The notes beneath the pieces were generated by a model. That model searched no databases. It was given only the letters and a program-made list of their open reading frames with translations, and was not told where the DNA came from. Source: Azolla caroliniana (lineage: Eukaryota > Plantae > Polypodiophyta). Taken from it: a stretch of 64,000 bases of DNA. A program made the translations under genes and the position numbers. Location of the stretch: assembly GCA_043228905.1 (NCBI GenBank), contig JBHGNT010000009.1, positions 20,522,001 through 20,586,000 on the forward strand, read 5' to 3'. Numbering within the stretch: the stretch's first letter is position 1; the number at the start of each line of letters is the position of its first letter. Shown here in pieces: positions 16,768-31,111 of the stretch.

Positions 16768-17181
16768 GCCCAACGAGTAGTGCACAATTTAAAATACTAA
16801 TATCAAGGTCTCCCCATGACCGCACGTAAGAGACGAAAATCTAGAAAGAATAATTCCACGCAGACCTCAAAGCAAGATCAAGAACAAGAGGGAGACACAG
16901 AAACATTACTTGTCAATCCGAATCAAGAACTACCGGCACACCTAACAGCATACCCAAACCCAGTAGCTGAGAAACAAAAGGTAGAAGAATACATCAAGAT
17001 CATACACCACGAACAGTTTGAAAAATCACTTAGCCTCCCCAACTTAAACTTCGACCAACTAGAAGAATGGGTAAACCCCTCACCTCCCCCTGTCGTCACA
17101 CCAACCGACACCCCCACTTGCCATCCTACCCCAATCAAAGAGGTCAACACAACCCTACTCTAGAAAATCTTAAATTTAAGA

Positions 17182-20100
17182 TTGCGACTCACATTACGCA
17201 AAGTGCAAAGCTACACTGGCACCTTCGCCGCTGACAACCCCCTGCTACGACCTCTACTCGCCAAGGAAATAGAGTTCACGCTCGAAGAACTACTCAAACT
17301 CGACATTCAACCGTGGCACGACGTCCTCCGATGCTTGAATGGTGGCCTATCAGCAGGATATGGTGAAGGGATACACACCCACACTCCTCACATGTCCACA
17401 ATCCTCAAACAACCCGAAGGACCGCTAGTCGACGTCCACGAAGCTCACTTCGAGAGCGACGATACTAGTTTCACTCTACCAGTCTGCATCAATGGTAAGA
17501 CGTGTGACACAATCATTGACACTGGAGCAGGGATAAGTATCGTTAGTTACGAATGTTGGTGTAAGTGGGGGAGCCCAAGAATGCTTCCTTCCGATGTCAA
17601 ACTACGAATGGCAGATGGGTCCATCCAAAGACTAGAAGGCATGATTCCTGCGCATCACTTCACTATCCACGGAGTGGAGTTCAATCTCACCTTCGTCGTC
17701 ACAAGATCGTCCAACCATGTAGCCTACGAGTGCTTACTAGGAAGACCATTCCTACGTATAAGCCGCCTGGTAATGGATTTCGGGAACGATATAATCTATA
17801 TGCGTAAGGACAACAAAACCTTCCGCATCAAAGCATACACGCAAAAAGTGCATGAACAAGAAGGCAACCCTCTCGTAGACGATTGGTCAGAAACCACTGA
17901 GTTCGAGACCAACCTCCTAGCGTGCAACCCCACAAAGACATTTCAACTCTTGACCAGAGGCCAACACTTTCCTCAAAGCCTCACCACTTCCAAAGAGGAG
18001 AACACACGTGAGAGAGACGACCAATCCATCGCTTCCAAGACGTCACAGATGAATTGGGTGCACACTCTCGTTAAAGTGTTGTGAAGAGGACGGAGAAACA
18101 ATCTCGTGCTTCAACGTCACCACCTTGGGACCCCGGCGAAAAGAAGTAGACGGAAAGGACGAAGAACTGGTACAACGAGTCACACGTCCAGGTGATGTCA
18201 TGACCACTCAGAAGACTGTGACGGAAGCGAACTTCCCAGAGCATTTCAAACTCTATGAACAAGGGAATAGGGCAGTGGCTTGTAAGAGACCACAATGCAC
18301 CCCCCAAGGCCTAAGAGAAATCAACCTCAGGAAAGGGATAGACTCCAAACCGGTGTTCATAGCCGCAGATCTCCGACCCGACGAGGAGGCGTCCTTGATC
18401 ACCCTCCTCACGGAATTTAGCGACGTGTTTGCATGGTCGTACGTTGACATGAAGGGAGTCCCAGCTGAGGTCGTCACCCATAGTATCCCCATGCGAGCCG
18501 ACGCCCGCCTGATCTAGCAAAGGCCACGTCCAATGAACCCTAACTGCGCCCAACAAGTAAAAGCCGAAATCAACAAAATGTTGGCTGTAGGCATTATCTA
18601 CCCAATCGAACGAACTACTTGGGTCTCCCCGATTGTAGTCATCCCAAGGAAAAACGACCAGATCCACATATGTGTCGACTACCGCCATGTTAACAAAGCC
18701 ACTATCAAGGACAATTACCCGATACCCTACATCGAGCATCTACTCGAAAGAACTGCGGGAGCACAAGCTTATAGCTTCATCGACAGGTTCTCCGGGTACA
18801 ACCAAATCTTGGTGGTCCCTGAGGATCAACACAAGTCAACCTTCGCCACGGAATTTGGTACGTTCGTGTATAAACAGATGCCTTTCGGACTCACAAGTGC
18901 CTTGAGCACCTACCAAAGAGTGGCAGACCATATCTTTGCAACAAGGTTACGACAAGGGGTGGAGTCTTATGTTGAGGACTTATGTTGCAATTCGAAATGG
19001 CATGACCACTTGGGGCTACTCCATTTGACGTTTGAAAAATGCAGGACCTATCAACTCTCTCTCAACCCGCTCAAGTGTCAGTTCTGGGTCAAGCACATAA
19101 TAATATTAGGACACCTCGTGTCCCGCCATGGGATCTCGACCGATGAGGCAAAAGTAAAACTCATCCTCGACATGCCACCCCCCACGAATGAGAAACAACT
19201 ACAAGGGTTCATGGGATACGCGGATTACTATAGATGCTTCATTAAGATGTTCGCGGACAAGGCTAGACCACTCTACACCCTATTAAAGCAATTCGTGTGG
19301 ACAGAAGAATGCACACACTCCTTCAAGCTCTTGAAAGAGTGCCTAACTAAGGCCCCCATCCTCTGGCCTCCCGATTGGACCAAAGAATTCCACGTTCACA
19401 CCGACGCTTCCGCCTTCGCGATTGGTGTAGTGCTAGCTCAACCGAGTGAAGGGGCACTCGACCTACCGGTCACCTTCGCTAGTCACCAACTAAATGCTGC
19501 GGAACAAAATTACTCCACGACGGAACGGGAGGCTTTGGCCATGGTTTACAGCATAAAGAAATTCCGCCACTACCTTTTGGCGTCCCGGTTCTCATTTTTT
19601 GTAGATCATCAGGCCCTACTCTACTTAGTTACGCCACCGGACACATCTCACGATGGATCGTAACGTTACTCGAGTTCGACTTCAAGGTAGTAGTGAGAAA
19701 AGGGAAAGACCATGTACTCGCCGATCATTTCTCCTGGATTCCCAACGGAGAAGAAGCCACTGGGGTTGACGATGAAACACCAGATGCAGCATTATTCGCG
19801 ATCGACACCGTACTAGCATGGGCATCAGACATTGTTCGTGTCCTAACTAAGGGAGCGTCCTTCCTAAAACAACTACCACGGACACACGCGCATGTCTTGC
19901 TAAAGAAATGTGCCCCCTTCATGATGCTTCGTGGCAATTTGTACCGTTGGGGTAACGACGATCTACTTCGGAGGTGTGTAACAGACCATGACGTCGTCGC
20001 CACCCTCGAACAAGCTCATTGCGGGAGCGGAAGTGGTCATTTCAATCACGAGACCACTACGCGCAAGATCCTCCAGCTTGGCCTATGGTGGCCAACACTC

Positions 20101-21129
20101 TTCAAAGACGCATACGCGTACGTACGCCGCTGTGATGAGTGCCAACGTTTCAAACACCTGCTAAAAGCGGATTTCAATATGTTAAACTCGGTGGTGGCAT
20201 GGCAACCATTCGAGAAATGGGGTATCGACTTTATCGGCCCAATCAGCCCAGCTTCCAACCTCAACTGATACATAATAACCGCCACCGACTACGCCACCAA
20301 GTGGGTCGAAGCTAAAGCTTGTGTTAACACCGACGCGCGTAGTACTGCCAAATTCCTATATGAAAATTTCATAGTACGGTTTGGATGTCCGCTCGAAATC
20401 ATTAGTGACCAAGGCTCTCATTTCCTGAACGAGGTGATAGCACATTTACTAGGCGAATATATGGTGACACACTGCAAAAGTTCTCCTTATTACCCTCGAT
20501 GCAACGGACAAGCGGAAAGCACGAATAAGGTGCTATGTGCAGTGCTCACAAAGATAGTCGCTGCCTCACGATCTGATTGGAGCACCAAACTCCAAGCAGC
20601 ATTATGGGCTTTCCGTACTTCCTACAAAGTTGCAACTCGCCACACACTATTCAAACTAGTGTACGGGCAAGAAACAGTATTACCCATCGAGTTCCTTGTC
20701 CCTAGCCTCAGGATCGCCATACAAGAACGATGGGACGGGGACCCCCTCTTGTCACGCCTAGAGAACCTAGAACGACTGATAGAAACCCGCCTTCTCGCAT
20801 TCCAAGCACTCTTGGCAGAGAAAGCCAATAGAAAGGTGTGGCACGACAATAAAGTCAAGAACAAAGACCTCGCTGAAGGCGACATGGCCCTCAGATTCTC
20901 CTCTCAACGACACAAGAAGAAGCTTAAGTTACGGGGTGAAGGCCCGTATGTGGTTTCAAAGATTACCAAGACAGGAGCATGTCGCCTACGCACGCTCGAA
21001 GGTTTTGACATCCCCGGGTTCATCAATGGGAGCAAGCTCAAATGTTACTATGGACCCCTCACACTCGAGGTTCTACTCACGGCTCGGCAACGAGAGGTAG
21101 AGGCCAAACTTAAAGCCTCCGAAGGCTGA
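17182..21129 (+). pseudogene. pol: G pol (PR-RT-RNase H-INT), disrupted
   Basis: IIDTGAG; WVSPIVVIP, SGYNQI, MPFGL, YVED (for YVDD); VHTDAS, YSTTEREAL; HCGSGSGHF...CDEC, WGIDFIGP, SDQG, NGQAES, GPY. Confidence 0.9.
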
Positions 21130-21204
21130 ATGGCCCGGCTTGAAACCGACCTGCGCAATACGCTAGCGAAATTGAAGCGATAGGGACACACCCATCCGGC
21201 AACC

Positions 21205-21600
21205 ATGGCTCAGGCGGCCAACTCTAATGACAGAACAATACAACTACGATGTTGCGTCGACGACATGCCTTTGACGGCGGTAATCGACACCGGAGCATCG
21301 CTAACCCTTTTCTCCTTCAAAACATGGAGACGTCTAGGTTTCCCAGACCTCGAAGTGTGCAACGACAACTTCCGTGGCTTCGATGGGTCCACATCATGCT
21401 GCTTGGGAACTTTCGGGTGTAGCATCAAGACAAAATACGGTGCGCACTCAATCCAAGTTCGGTACTCCCACCCGGAGTGATGTACACACAATACCTCCTC
21501 GGTTTAGATTGGTGTCGCATAAGCGAATGTCTCCTATCACCTAGCAAACACATCGTCTCCTTCCAAACAGGAGATGGACTGAAGTCCGAGGACCTCATCG
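21205..21600 (+). pseudogene. Second retropepsin-like aspartic protease domain downstream of G integrase
   Basis: AVIDTGASLTLFS...WRRLG...GFDGS...LG, then after a frameshift near 21478 the C-terminal motif YLLGLDW. Confidence 0.75.
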
Positions 21601-21669
21601 CAACAACACTCGAATCACATCCTGCTGACCTCGTTGATCCCCAAAGCGTGGAGTTACCCAAACAAACAA

Positions 21670-22240
21670 CACACCAACACCCACGGGCCATCCATGGCCA
21701 GCGCGACACTACCATTAGAACACAGACACCCAAACCACGGGAATGGGTGAACGTCCACACAGTTTTCGCTGACGGCCCACGCTACGGAGAACGTGCGGTG
21801 TGGCGAGTCAAAAAAATACTCACAACCGCACAAGGTTGGCACAATGGCGCCACTAGCTTTTGGGTTCCGAAACAAAACCAACTCCCCGCTCGCGATCGAA
21901 CCACCCCTACATGGGACATCGATGAACCCCAAGGCGCGGAGTCGCTCAACCAAACCAAATGCCAACACCCACTGGCCACCTAGGATCAGCGCGACGCTAA
22001 CGTCAGAACGCAAACACCCAAACCACAGGAATGGGTGAACGTTCACGCTGTTTTTGCGGACGGACAACGCTGTGGAGAATTAGCGAGTCAAAAAGACACT
22101 CACAACCGCACAAGGTTGGCACAAAGGCGCCACTAGCTTTTGGGTCCCGAAACGAAGTCGGCTCCCCCGTCACGATCCTACCACGCCCGCACGGGACACC
22201 CGAAAAGCACACACATCAGTCCGATATCCTGCCCAGGTTA
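21670..22240 (+). repeat. Diverged direct repeat, 2 x ~290 bp
   Basis: CACCCAAACCAC(G/A)GGAATGGGTGAACG and CTCACAACCGCACAAGGTTGGCACAA each occur twice. Confidence 0.8.
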
Positions 22241-25200
22241 AAGCCACAAGAATCGACAAGCCTAAACAACTGAGAGGCCGAACACCCCGTAGAAAGACTT
22301 CACAAATCCTCCCCATCCCCTTAACAAACATGCCGCAGGTCTGGGTCCTCAAAAGTCACGGGCCCGGAACCTCACACGATACCCGCGTGACACTCCTTCC
22401 ACATTTGCACCCTCAAGGTTTCTCAAAAGCTCTTAATCTCCCTAATCCCTCACCACGTTCCCCGTAGACCCCCGTTCAGACCTCCCGCCCGTACGCCAAC
22501 CTTAGCCACCTCGCAGTTTCTTAACTATCGTCGGTACTCCTTGCCCTTCTGGCCTCACGTTGTCGTGTTATTGCGCAAGTGCGTATAGAAACGAGACGGG
22601 ACCACGGGGGTCTTGAACCGAAGAGCAAGGGAGGGTGGAAAGAGAGAGGACCGGTTACGCAGGACCGGGGATGCACAGGGACACGGCCCTACAACACAGA
22701 GAACGCGAATAGACGCCGACACAGGTAGACGCAAACAAATGAATATATATATATATAAATGAGCAAATGTCTGATCAAGAAGCTACAACCCGCGATGGGG
22801 CACAGGATGGTTACAACCGAACAGGCCGGCGAACAGATGCCGATGCCTGTTCGCTGCGTCGCACAAAAGGGACCAGGTCGGAGGTGCTGCCGGAAGCACT
22901 CGGGCGTTCCTCGAAACAGCGCGAGCCTCCTCGAAAGCCTGCACAGGAAAGCTATGGAAAAGAAGAAGGAGAACAGAGAGAGAAGCGCCCAGGATCGGTC
23001 CGACAGCACTTCGTCCTCTCTGCGCGTGATCCTCGGTTCCTTCCCGTCCTCCTCCTTTTATCGGTCAAGAAGGAGCCGTTTCGTATTAAATTCCCACCTA
23101 CCGTATCTAACCACTTCGATCCTCCTAGGTACCTAATTCGCCTCTATGTACAACTTGGCGCGCACGTGCGTGAAGAGCCGGTTCCCACGTCTTGGTGCCC
23201 CAATTCCACCCTTGGACGGTTTTCTTCACGACATCCGCCCCCACCTAACCGCGCATCCACAGGCATGCGCCAAATTAAGTTGGGACGGAGAAAACCGGCC
23301 CGCCTTCACTCTTCGCCCATCAGTCCTTCCTCGGTCTCGGACCGGTCGTCGCTGCTGTCTAGGAGAACCGGGTCTGGCTCGTCGTCGTGTCGCTTCTTGA
23401 AGGCTTTGATCCTCTTTCCAGCCACGGGTATCGCCATTCTCGTGCCGTCGAGTTCCGCCAGGTGATACGTCCCGTTGTCGTTGGCGCTTTGTACCGCGTA
23501 CGACCCAAACCATCTCCGCGCGAACTTCCGTGTAGCCCTGTGCTGGTTGTCGAGGCTGCTGTCGTAGACGAGCACCCAGTCACCTTCCTAGATCTTCTTC
23601 GGTCGGAGCCGGTGCGTTTGGTCGAACCTGGCTTTGTTCTTTGTCCTCGCCACCCGGAGCTTCTCCGCAGCCAGCTCCACGTCCTCCGGTCTCCGCTCGA
23701 GTTGTCGTATACGCGCGGCCAACAACTCCTCCCGGCTCATCTCGTCCCTCCAGTCGACCGTTGCCCATGAGGAGATCGTCCGTTCCATCGGCATGATCGG
23801 CTTCTGGCCGAACATGAGCTCCGTCGGCATGTACCCGGTTACCGAACTGTCCGTAGTCCGGTCTGCCCACAAAGCATAAGGTAGCAGCCGCGGCCAGTTA
23901 CCGACTTGGCCTCCGCATGCCCGAACCAGCGCCTTGACGATCGGCCCGTGTTCGCGCTCCACCTTTCCATTCGCCTCCGGATTGTACGCAGTGGTGAGCG
24001 AGAGCTTAACTCCCAGCCGGTCGAACAGCTCCGCGGCTTCTTCGGCGTCCAACTCCCCTCGGTCAGCCACGATCTTCCTGACGCACCCGTACCGGCATAT
24101 CACGTCCTCGATTAGGAACCGACATATGGCCGCGGTCGTTTTGTTCTGAAGGGCTCGGCCTTCCACCTGGTTCGTCAGGTCCTCCCGCGCTAGGACCAGA
24201 TACCGCATCTGTCCTACCCCCATTGGCATCGTCACCAGATCTACCATCCATTTGAAATGGATGGTCGGAGGGTACGTAGGGTGAAGCTCGTCCCGGTGTC
24301 GGACTACGGAGTGCATCTGACAGTTTTCGCAAGTCGTCACGAACCGATGCACGTCCCGGTACAATCCCGGCCACCAGTACTTCCCCTTTAGTTTCTCGAA
24401 CGTGGCCCACGTTCCACGATGTCCAGCCCAAGGGCTGTCGTGGTAGGCCGCCAGCAGCTCCTCCTGTTCTTCCTTCATCGCCACCACCCGGAGCGGGACG
24501 CCGCTCCCCTTCTTCGGGTGTTTCCATAGATAGCCATCCCGGAGAAAGAACCGGTACGCTTTCTTCCAGATCCGGTTGGCCTCGTCTTTCGTCCATGACG
24601 CATCCGGCACCATTGTCCTCAAGAACCCGCCGATCTGCAGCCACTCCCCGTCGTACTTGCTCGCGTCGAAGTCGTTAAGCGCCGGAGTGCTCGTCCCGTC
24701 GGTTGTTACGTATGCTGCTTCGAAGAAGTCCACGCCGACCTCTTCGTCCTCCGAAACCATGCCGCCCTCGTCATCGAACCTCGCCCTCGAAAGCATGTCG
24801 GCCATGGCGTTGTCCTTTCCGGAAATGTGTCGTATCTCTGGGTCCAGGGACTTGATGTACGCTATCCACCTGAGCATTGCCAGGTCCGGTGTCGCGCATC
24901 CGGAAACCATGCCAAGAATTGGCAGGCAATCCGTCTTGATAATCACTTCTGCCCCGATCAGATAGTCTTTGTCGGCCTTTACCGCCGAAACGATACCCCA
25001 GAGTTCGCGTTTAACCTGGGCGTATCCTCGCTGCCGCTCACTGAGGACTTTCGCGCCGAATCGGATTGGAAACCGATTGCCGTCCTCGTCTTGTTGGTTG
25101 ACGACCCACCCGATTCCGGTCGGACTCGTGTCAACCGTTATGTATACTGGGGTGCCTTTCTCGTAGACGGCCTTCCGGAGCGCCGGTGCTGCCGAAAGAG

Positions 25201-25669
25201 CCTCCTTCAGCTTCCGGACCGACTCCGTGTGCTCATCAAGCCATTCGAACCTTCACCCTTTCTTCAGCAACCCGTACAACGGCTCCGCGACGTGTGCGTA
25301 ATGCGGGATCCATATGTGGTAGAACGCGCATGCTCCCAAGAATCTTCGTACTTCCGTGACCGAGCTGCAGTCGGGCTTCATCGCGGAGATGGCTTCTACC
25401 TTTGCCGGAGACAGTTTCCGGCCATATGGCCCACATAAGTGTCCGACCACCATGATTTCCGACTGCCCGAAGGCTGATTTCTCCCCCGAGAAGGTGAGCC
25501 TTGCATCCTCTAGCCTTTGCAGCACCTTTTCGCAGTCGTCGATGTGTGTCGCCACGAATCGTCGGCATCCGTCCGGCCCGATCGTCTCGTCCTTCTCTGC
25601 TACCGGGCATCCCTTGATCGGGATGTCGTCCAGAAACGGCATGGTGATGTCCGGGATGCAGTCCCTCAG

Positions 25670-28600
25670 TGTTAAGAAAACGTGAAGAAGGCACTCGGGC
25701 TCTTCTTATGTGCGCGGCGGATCGTAGTGTGCTGGATCGTTAGCGTGCTCTAAACAGACAGAGAAAGGAAAGGGGACTTACCTCTGTAGTAGCAAAATGG
25801 TTTTCTTCTATTACATGTAGAGCTCAACTTGCTCTCGTCAGTCTTCTGGTCTCACACTCTCTCTCAGAGTTCTCTACTCACTACTCTCTGTTTTTTCTCT
25901 TACTTCTTACTTCCTATTCACTCTCACTTACTTTTACCTAAGTCATAAGTTATTACACATGCAGCTAATTAGCTGCCAGTAGCTAATTAGCTGTCAGTCG
26001 CTAAATAGCTGTTCACTAGCTAATTAGCTGTCACTAGCTAAATAGCTGTTTTACCTTTTTGTTCACTAGTAGCTAAATAGCTACTATAGCTTATTTCTCA
26101 TAAGCATCACATACCATGTTGAGCTTGCTTCTCAACACTCCCCCTCAAGCTCAACTTATTCTTGCTTGAGGTTCTCTTCAATCTTCTTTTCCATTTTGCT
26201 TTTTAGCCATCTCATCAATGTTTACAACTCCCATCATGTTCCGAAACTGTGTATGCTTTTCCACACTCAATCCCTTTGTGAGAATATCAGCAACCTGCTG
26301 ATTTGTATTCACATACACCAGATCAACTTCTCCTTCAATCACTTTTTCTCTAACAAAGTGATAATGCACTTCAATGTGCTTTGTTCTTGCATGGAACACA
26401 GGGTTCTTTGCAAGTTGAATGCTGCTCATGTTGTCACACCAGATTGTGACAGTACCGTCTATATACTCTCAGATCAGCAAACAGTCTTCTGATCCATACT
26501 TCTTCACATGTGGCTATTGCAGCCCCTCTATACTCAGCTTCTGTACTGGACAATGCAACAGTAGCCTGTTTCTTGCTACTCCATGAAATTCCTGCACTTC
26601 CCAAGGTAAACATGTATCCACTTGTGGATCTCCTGTCTGTTTGGCTTCCAGCCCAATCAGCATCTGTATATCCTTCCAGATTTATGTCTAGATCAGCCCT
26701 GTAAAATAGTCCAAAGTTCTGAGTTGCTTTTACATACCTCAGAATCCTTCTGATGCAGTCCAAATGTGGCTTTGTTGGCTGTTGCATAAACTGGCTGACT
26801 AATCCAACAGCATAGCTCAAATCAGTTCTTGTTATAGTCAAATAAATAAGGCTGCCCACCATAGACCTGTACATGTTTACATCTTCTATCTTGGCTCCCA
26901 AATCAGCCCTCAACTTGCAGTTTTTATCAAGTGGTACTCCAATAGGTTTGCATCCAAGCATACCATACTTTTTCAACATAGTTGTTGCATACTGTTTTTG
27001 CAGCATACATATACCACTTTCAGATCTGATGATTTCAATACCAAGAAAATATCTCAGATCTCCCAAATCTTTCATATGAAACTGCATTTCCAGATTTTTT
27101 TTCAACTTTCTTATTTCATCCACGGAATCTCCTCCAATAATCAAATCATCTACATAAATCAGAATAATAACAATGCAATCATTTTCACTTTTTACATACA
27201 AAGAAGGATCAGCTTTTGACATTTTGAAACCAAGATTTTTCAGAGAATCTGAAAGTTCTCTGTGCCATGCTCTTGGTGCCTGTTTCAGTCCATAGAGAGC
27301 TTTTTTTAGCTTACATACATAATCAGGATGTTTCTTGTCTTCAAAACCTGGTGGTTGACTCATATACACTTCTTCTTCCAAGTTACCATGTAAAAAAGCA
27401 TTTTTTACATCCATGTGATGCAAAATCCATTTTCTGGCTGCTCCTACAGCAAGTAGTGTTCTCAAGGTTGCCATCTTTGCAACCGGTGCAAAAGTCTCAT
27501 CATAATCAATCCCTTGCATCTGAGCATATCCTTTTGCAACCAATCTTGCTTTATGTCTACTTACATTCCCATTGGAGTCATGCTTTGTCTTGTATACCCA
27601 TTTGCAGCCTACCACATTTTTCTCTTTTGGTAACTTCACTAAATCCCACGTTTTGTTCTCAGCCAATGCATCAATCTCTTCTTGCATTGCATCCATCCAT
27701 TTCTTCTCAGATTTTGCTTCTTCAAAGCTGTTTGGGTCAGGGATCTGTACCACCTTAGACATATATGCATAGTGCATAGCCATATATGTATCATACCCAA
27801 ATCTTTCCACAGTCTTTTTCTCTCTATCTGATCTTCTCAGTTTCTGATTTGCATTCTTTATTGCCTTTTCCATACCAGGGATTTTCATTTCTTGTATTCC
27901 AAGGAAATCATCCAAAGACATATCTGAATCTTCATCTTCCATGTTTTTTGATAGATCATCCGGGATTTCATACTCTGGCATTTTCTGTTTTCCTTTTTTG
28001 TCATCAGATTTTTTCTGTCCAGTTTTTCCACTCCATGAATTTGAATCAGATTTACCATCTGAGCTTTTTGATGGTCCAGAACATTCTGTTGATGTTGGAC
28101 TTTGCTGTCCAACCTTGTCTCCATCTCTGTGACAGTCTTCTACATTTTCTGATCTGTCTTTGTCTTCATTTTGACAGTCTTCATCAGTCTCTAGATTCTG
28201 TTTTGGGCTGTACCAACTAGCCAACTCATCAAATATCACATCTCGACTTGTCACAATCTTTTTAGTCACAGGGTTATAACATCTGTACCCTTTTTGTTCT
28301 TCTGAATATCCAACAAAGATACATTTTTCTGCTTTTGGATCCAACTTACTTCTTACTTCTGCAGGCACATGTACATATGCAAGGCATCCAAACACTTTCA
28401 AGTGTTGTAAGCTAGGCTTCCTGCCATAAAAACACTCTTCAGGAGTTGCCTCATGTACTCCTGATGTAATACATCTATTTAAAATGTAATTTGCTGTATT
28501 TACAGCTTCTGCCCAATAGTATAATGGCATGTTCTTCTCAGTCATCATTGCCCTTGCTATGTTCACCAAAGTTCTGTTTTTCCTCTCAGCAACTCCATTT

Positions 28601-31111
28601 TGCTGTGGAGTATATCGGCATGTGAACTGTCTTCTTATTCCCTAATTACACAAAAAATCAGAAAATTCATTGGAGAAATACTCTCCTCCTCCATCAGATC
28701 TCAAACATTTTATCCTTGTACCAGCCTGCTTTTCTACCATGCATTTAAACTTACGAAAACAGTCAAATACTTCACTTTTCTCCTTCATGAAGTACACCCA
28801 TGTCTTCCGTGAACAATCATCGATAAATGTAACATAAAATCTGCATCCACCAATAGATGCATTCTTTGTTGGTCCCCATACATCTGTATGTACCAAATCC
28901 AACAGATTTTTGCTTACATGTCTCTCATGAGGGAATGGCAACCTGTTTTGCTTACCATATTGACATGCTTCACATACTTTTCCCATTTCACACTTTTTCA
29001 AGTTCGGCAGTCCAGCCACTGCATCTTTTCTCAACATATTCTTTAATGTTTGCATACTTATATGGCCAATCCTTTTATGCCACATTTCCACATCTGAGAT
29101 TACACTCGTTCCATTTGCAAACATGGCTGAAATCTGTTTGGGCATTTCGACATCCAAGATAAACATTCTTCCTTGTCTCTTCCCTTTTGCAATGAGCTTC
29201 CCATTCTTTTCTATGTAGCATCCACTTTGCTTAAACTTCACTTGCATACCTTGCTCTACTATCTGTCCAACAGAAATCAGATTCTTAGCAAGGTTTGGAA
29301 CATGCATCACATTCAACATATACTTGGTTTTTCCTCTTTCTTCCCACAATGGGATATCTCCAACATGTTTTATTTGGTGAGTTGTGTCATCACCTGTTTG
29401 TACATAACCAGGAACCTCTGGTTCTCTTAAACTCTCAAACCAATTTGCATGTCCAGTCATATGGTTAGATGCCCCCGAGTCTACATACCACGTAAACTCT
29501 TCATTACATTTCTGTGAGCTTTCAGCCACTGCTGCTATCTCATGTTGCACTACAAAAACACCTTCCTTTTCACAATCTTCACTAGTAGAGGCATAGTTAC
29601 TCTGTTGTCCTTTTCCTCTTTTCTCATCATTTTGTTTCTTGTAACATTCAGCCTGTGTATGGCCTGGTTTACCACAATACCAGCAGCCATCATCATTTAC
29701 ATAAGTTTGCTTACCTCTACCTCGGTTGCTCCCCCTGCCTCTGTTGTTGTTTCCTCCTCTATGAGCTTGTTGTCCTCTTCCTTGAAAGCCATTATTATTG
29801 GTTCTTCCTGAGCCAAATCTTCCATGGCCTCTTCCTCGGCCTCTTCCGGCATTATTATAGAGGGCTTGCCCCTCGTTCTCTGAGTTTCCTTTATTTGCAT
29901 CATCCATCTGATTCATTTCCTCTACCACAAGCATTGAGACCAGATCTGAAAAACTTGGGATACTATCCCTTGTGAGCATAGAAGTTTTAAAACTCTTGTA
30001 TTTAGGTCCTAAGCCTCTTAAGCATATTTCCACTTTGTCATCATCTTCTATCTTCACATTGATAGAAGCAAGTGATTCACATATACTCTTGATTTTTAGG
30101 GCATATTCATTTATTGAAATCTTACCTTTCTCCAAGGTATTTAGCTCAGTCTTTAACTGGAGCTTTCTAGCCTTTGTGTTCACAGCAAACAGTTTTACCA
30201 AGTTGTCCCAAGCTTCTTTTGGGAGCATAGCATCTTGTATATGCCCAAGCATTGAATCTGAGATGTTGAGTGATAGCCAATGCATTACTTTCCTTGCCCT
30301 TTGATTCCAATCTTTAAATGCCTTAATATGTGCAGCTGTTGCATTCTCTTCTGGGATCTCTGGAGCCTTTTCTAGGTCTCCTTCAATGTAATCCCAGTAT
30401 CCTTTCCCCATCAGAAAGTTTGTCATTCTGAATTTCCACGCCGGGAAATTGTTTTTATCTAATTTCTCTGTGACCATTTGGCCTACATTCTCTGCAGCCA
30501 TTTTTTCCTTCCAAAAACCAGGGTTTTGCTTTAGTTACTTCAACAAGTAACTTTCTGATTTCTGATCAGCAACCAGAGAAATAACTTTCTCAGATTAAGG
30601 CACTGCTATACTCTTCCTTACGAGCTACTCTGCTCTGATACCATGTTAAGAAAACGTGAAGAAGGCACTCGGGCTCTTCTTATGTGCGCGGCGGATCGTA
30701 GTGTGCTGGATCGTTAGCGTGCTCTAAACAGACAGAGAAAGGAAAGGGGACTTACCTCTGTAGTAGCAAAATGGTTTTCTTCTATTACATGTAGAGCTCA
30801 ACTTGCTCTCGTCAGTCTTCTGGTCTCACACTCTCTCTCAGAGTTCTCTACTCACTACTCTCTGTTTTTTCTCTTACTTCTTACTTCCTATTCACTCTCA
30901 CTTACTTTTACCTAAGTCATAAGTTATTACACATGCAGCTAATTAGCTGCCAGTAGCTAATTAGCTGTCAGTCGCTAAATAGCTGTTCACTAGCTAATTA
31001 GCTGTCACTAGCTAAATAGCTGTTTTACCTTTTTGTTCACTAGTAGCTAAATAGCTACTATAGCTTATTTCTCATAAGCATCACATACCATGTTGAGCTT
31101 GCTTCTCAACA
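25670..31111 (-). mobile_element. Element D: full-length Ty1/Copia, 5442 bp. LTRs 25670-26137 and 30644-31111 (468 bp); TSD CTCAG.
   Basis: TG..CA LTRs identical by eye; iMet PBS TGGTATCAGAGCA (30631-30643); PPT GCTTGAGGGGGAG; TSD at 25665-25669 and 31112-31116. Confidence 0.97.
26178..30501 (-). pseudogene. D gag-pol with an in-frame TAG (28642-28644) and a frameshift near 26460
   Basis: CWYCGKPGHTQAEC, WYVDSGASNHM, WHKRIGH...CEAC, SDGGGEY, YVDDL, YTDADWAG, HARTKHIEV. Confidence 0.93.

Noticed and set aside
22689-23465. ORFs inside LTRs that recur identically elsewhere (48698-49306, 40963-41556/47392-47976, 51985/56960)
   Set aside because: Recurrence is explained by LTR duplication and is not evidence of coding function.
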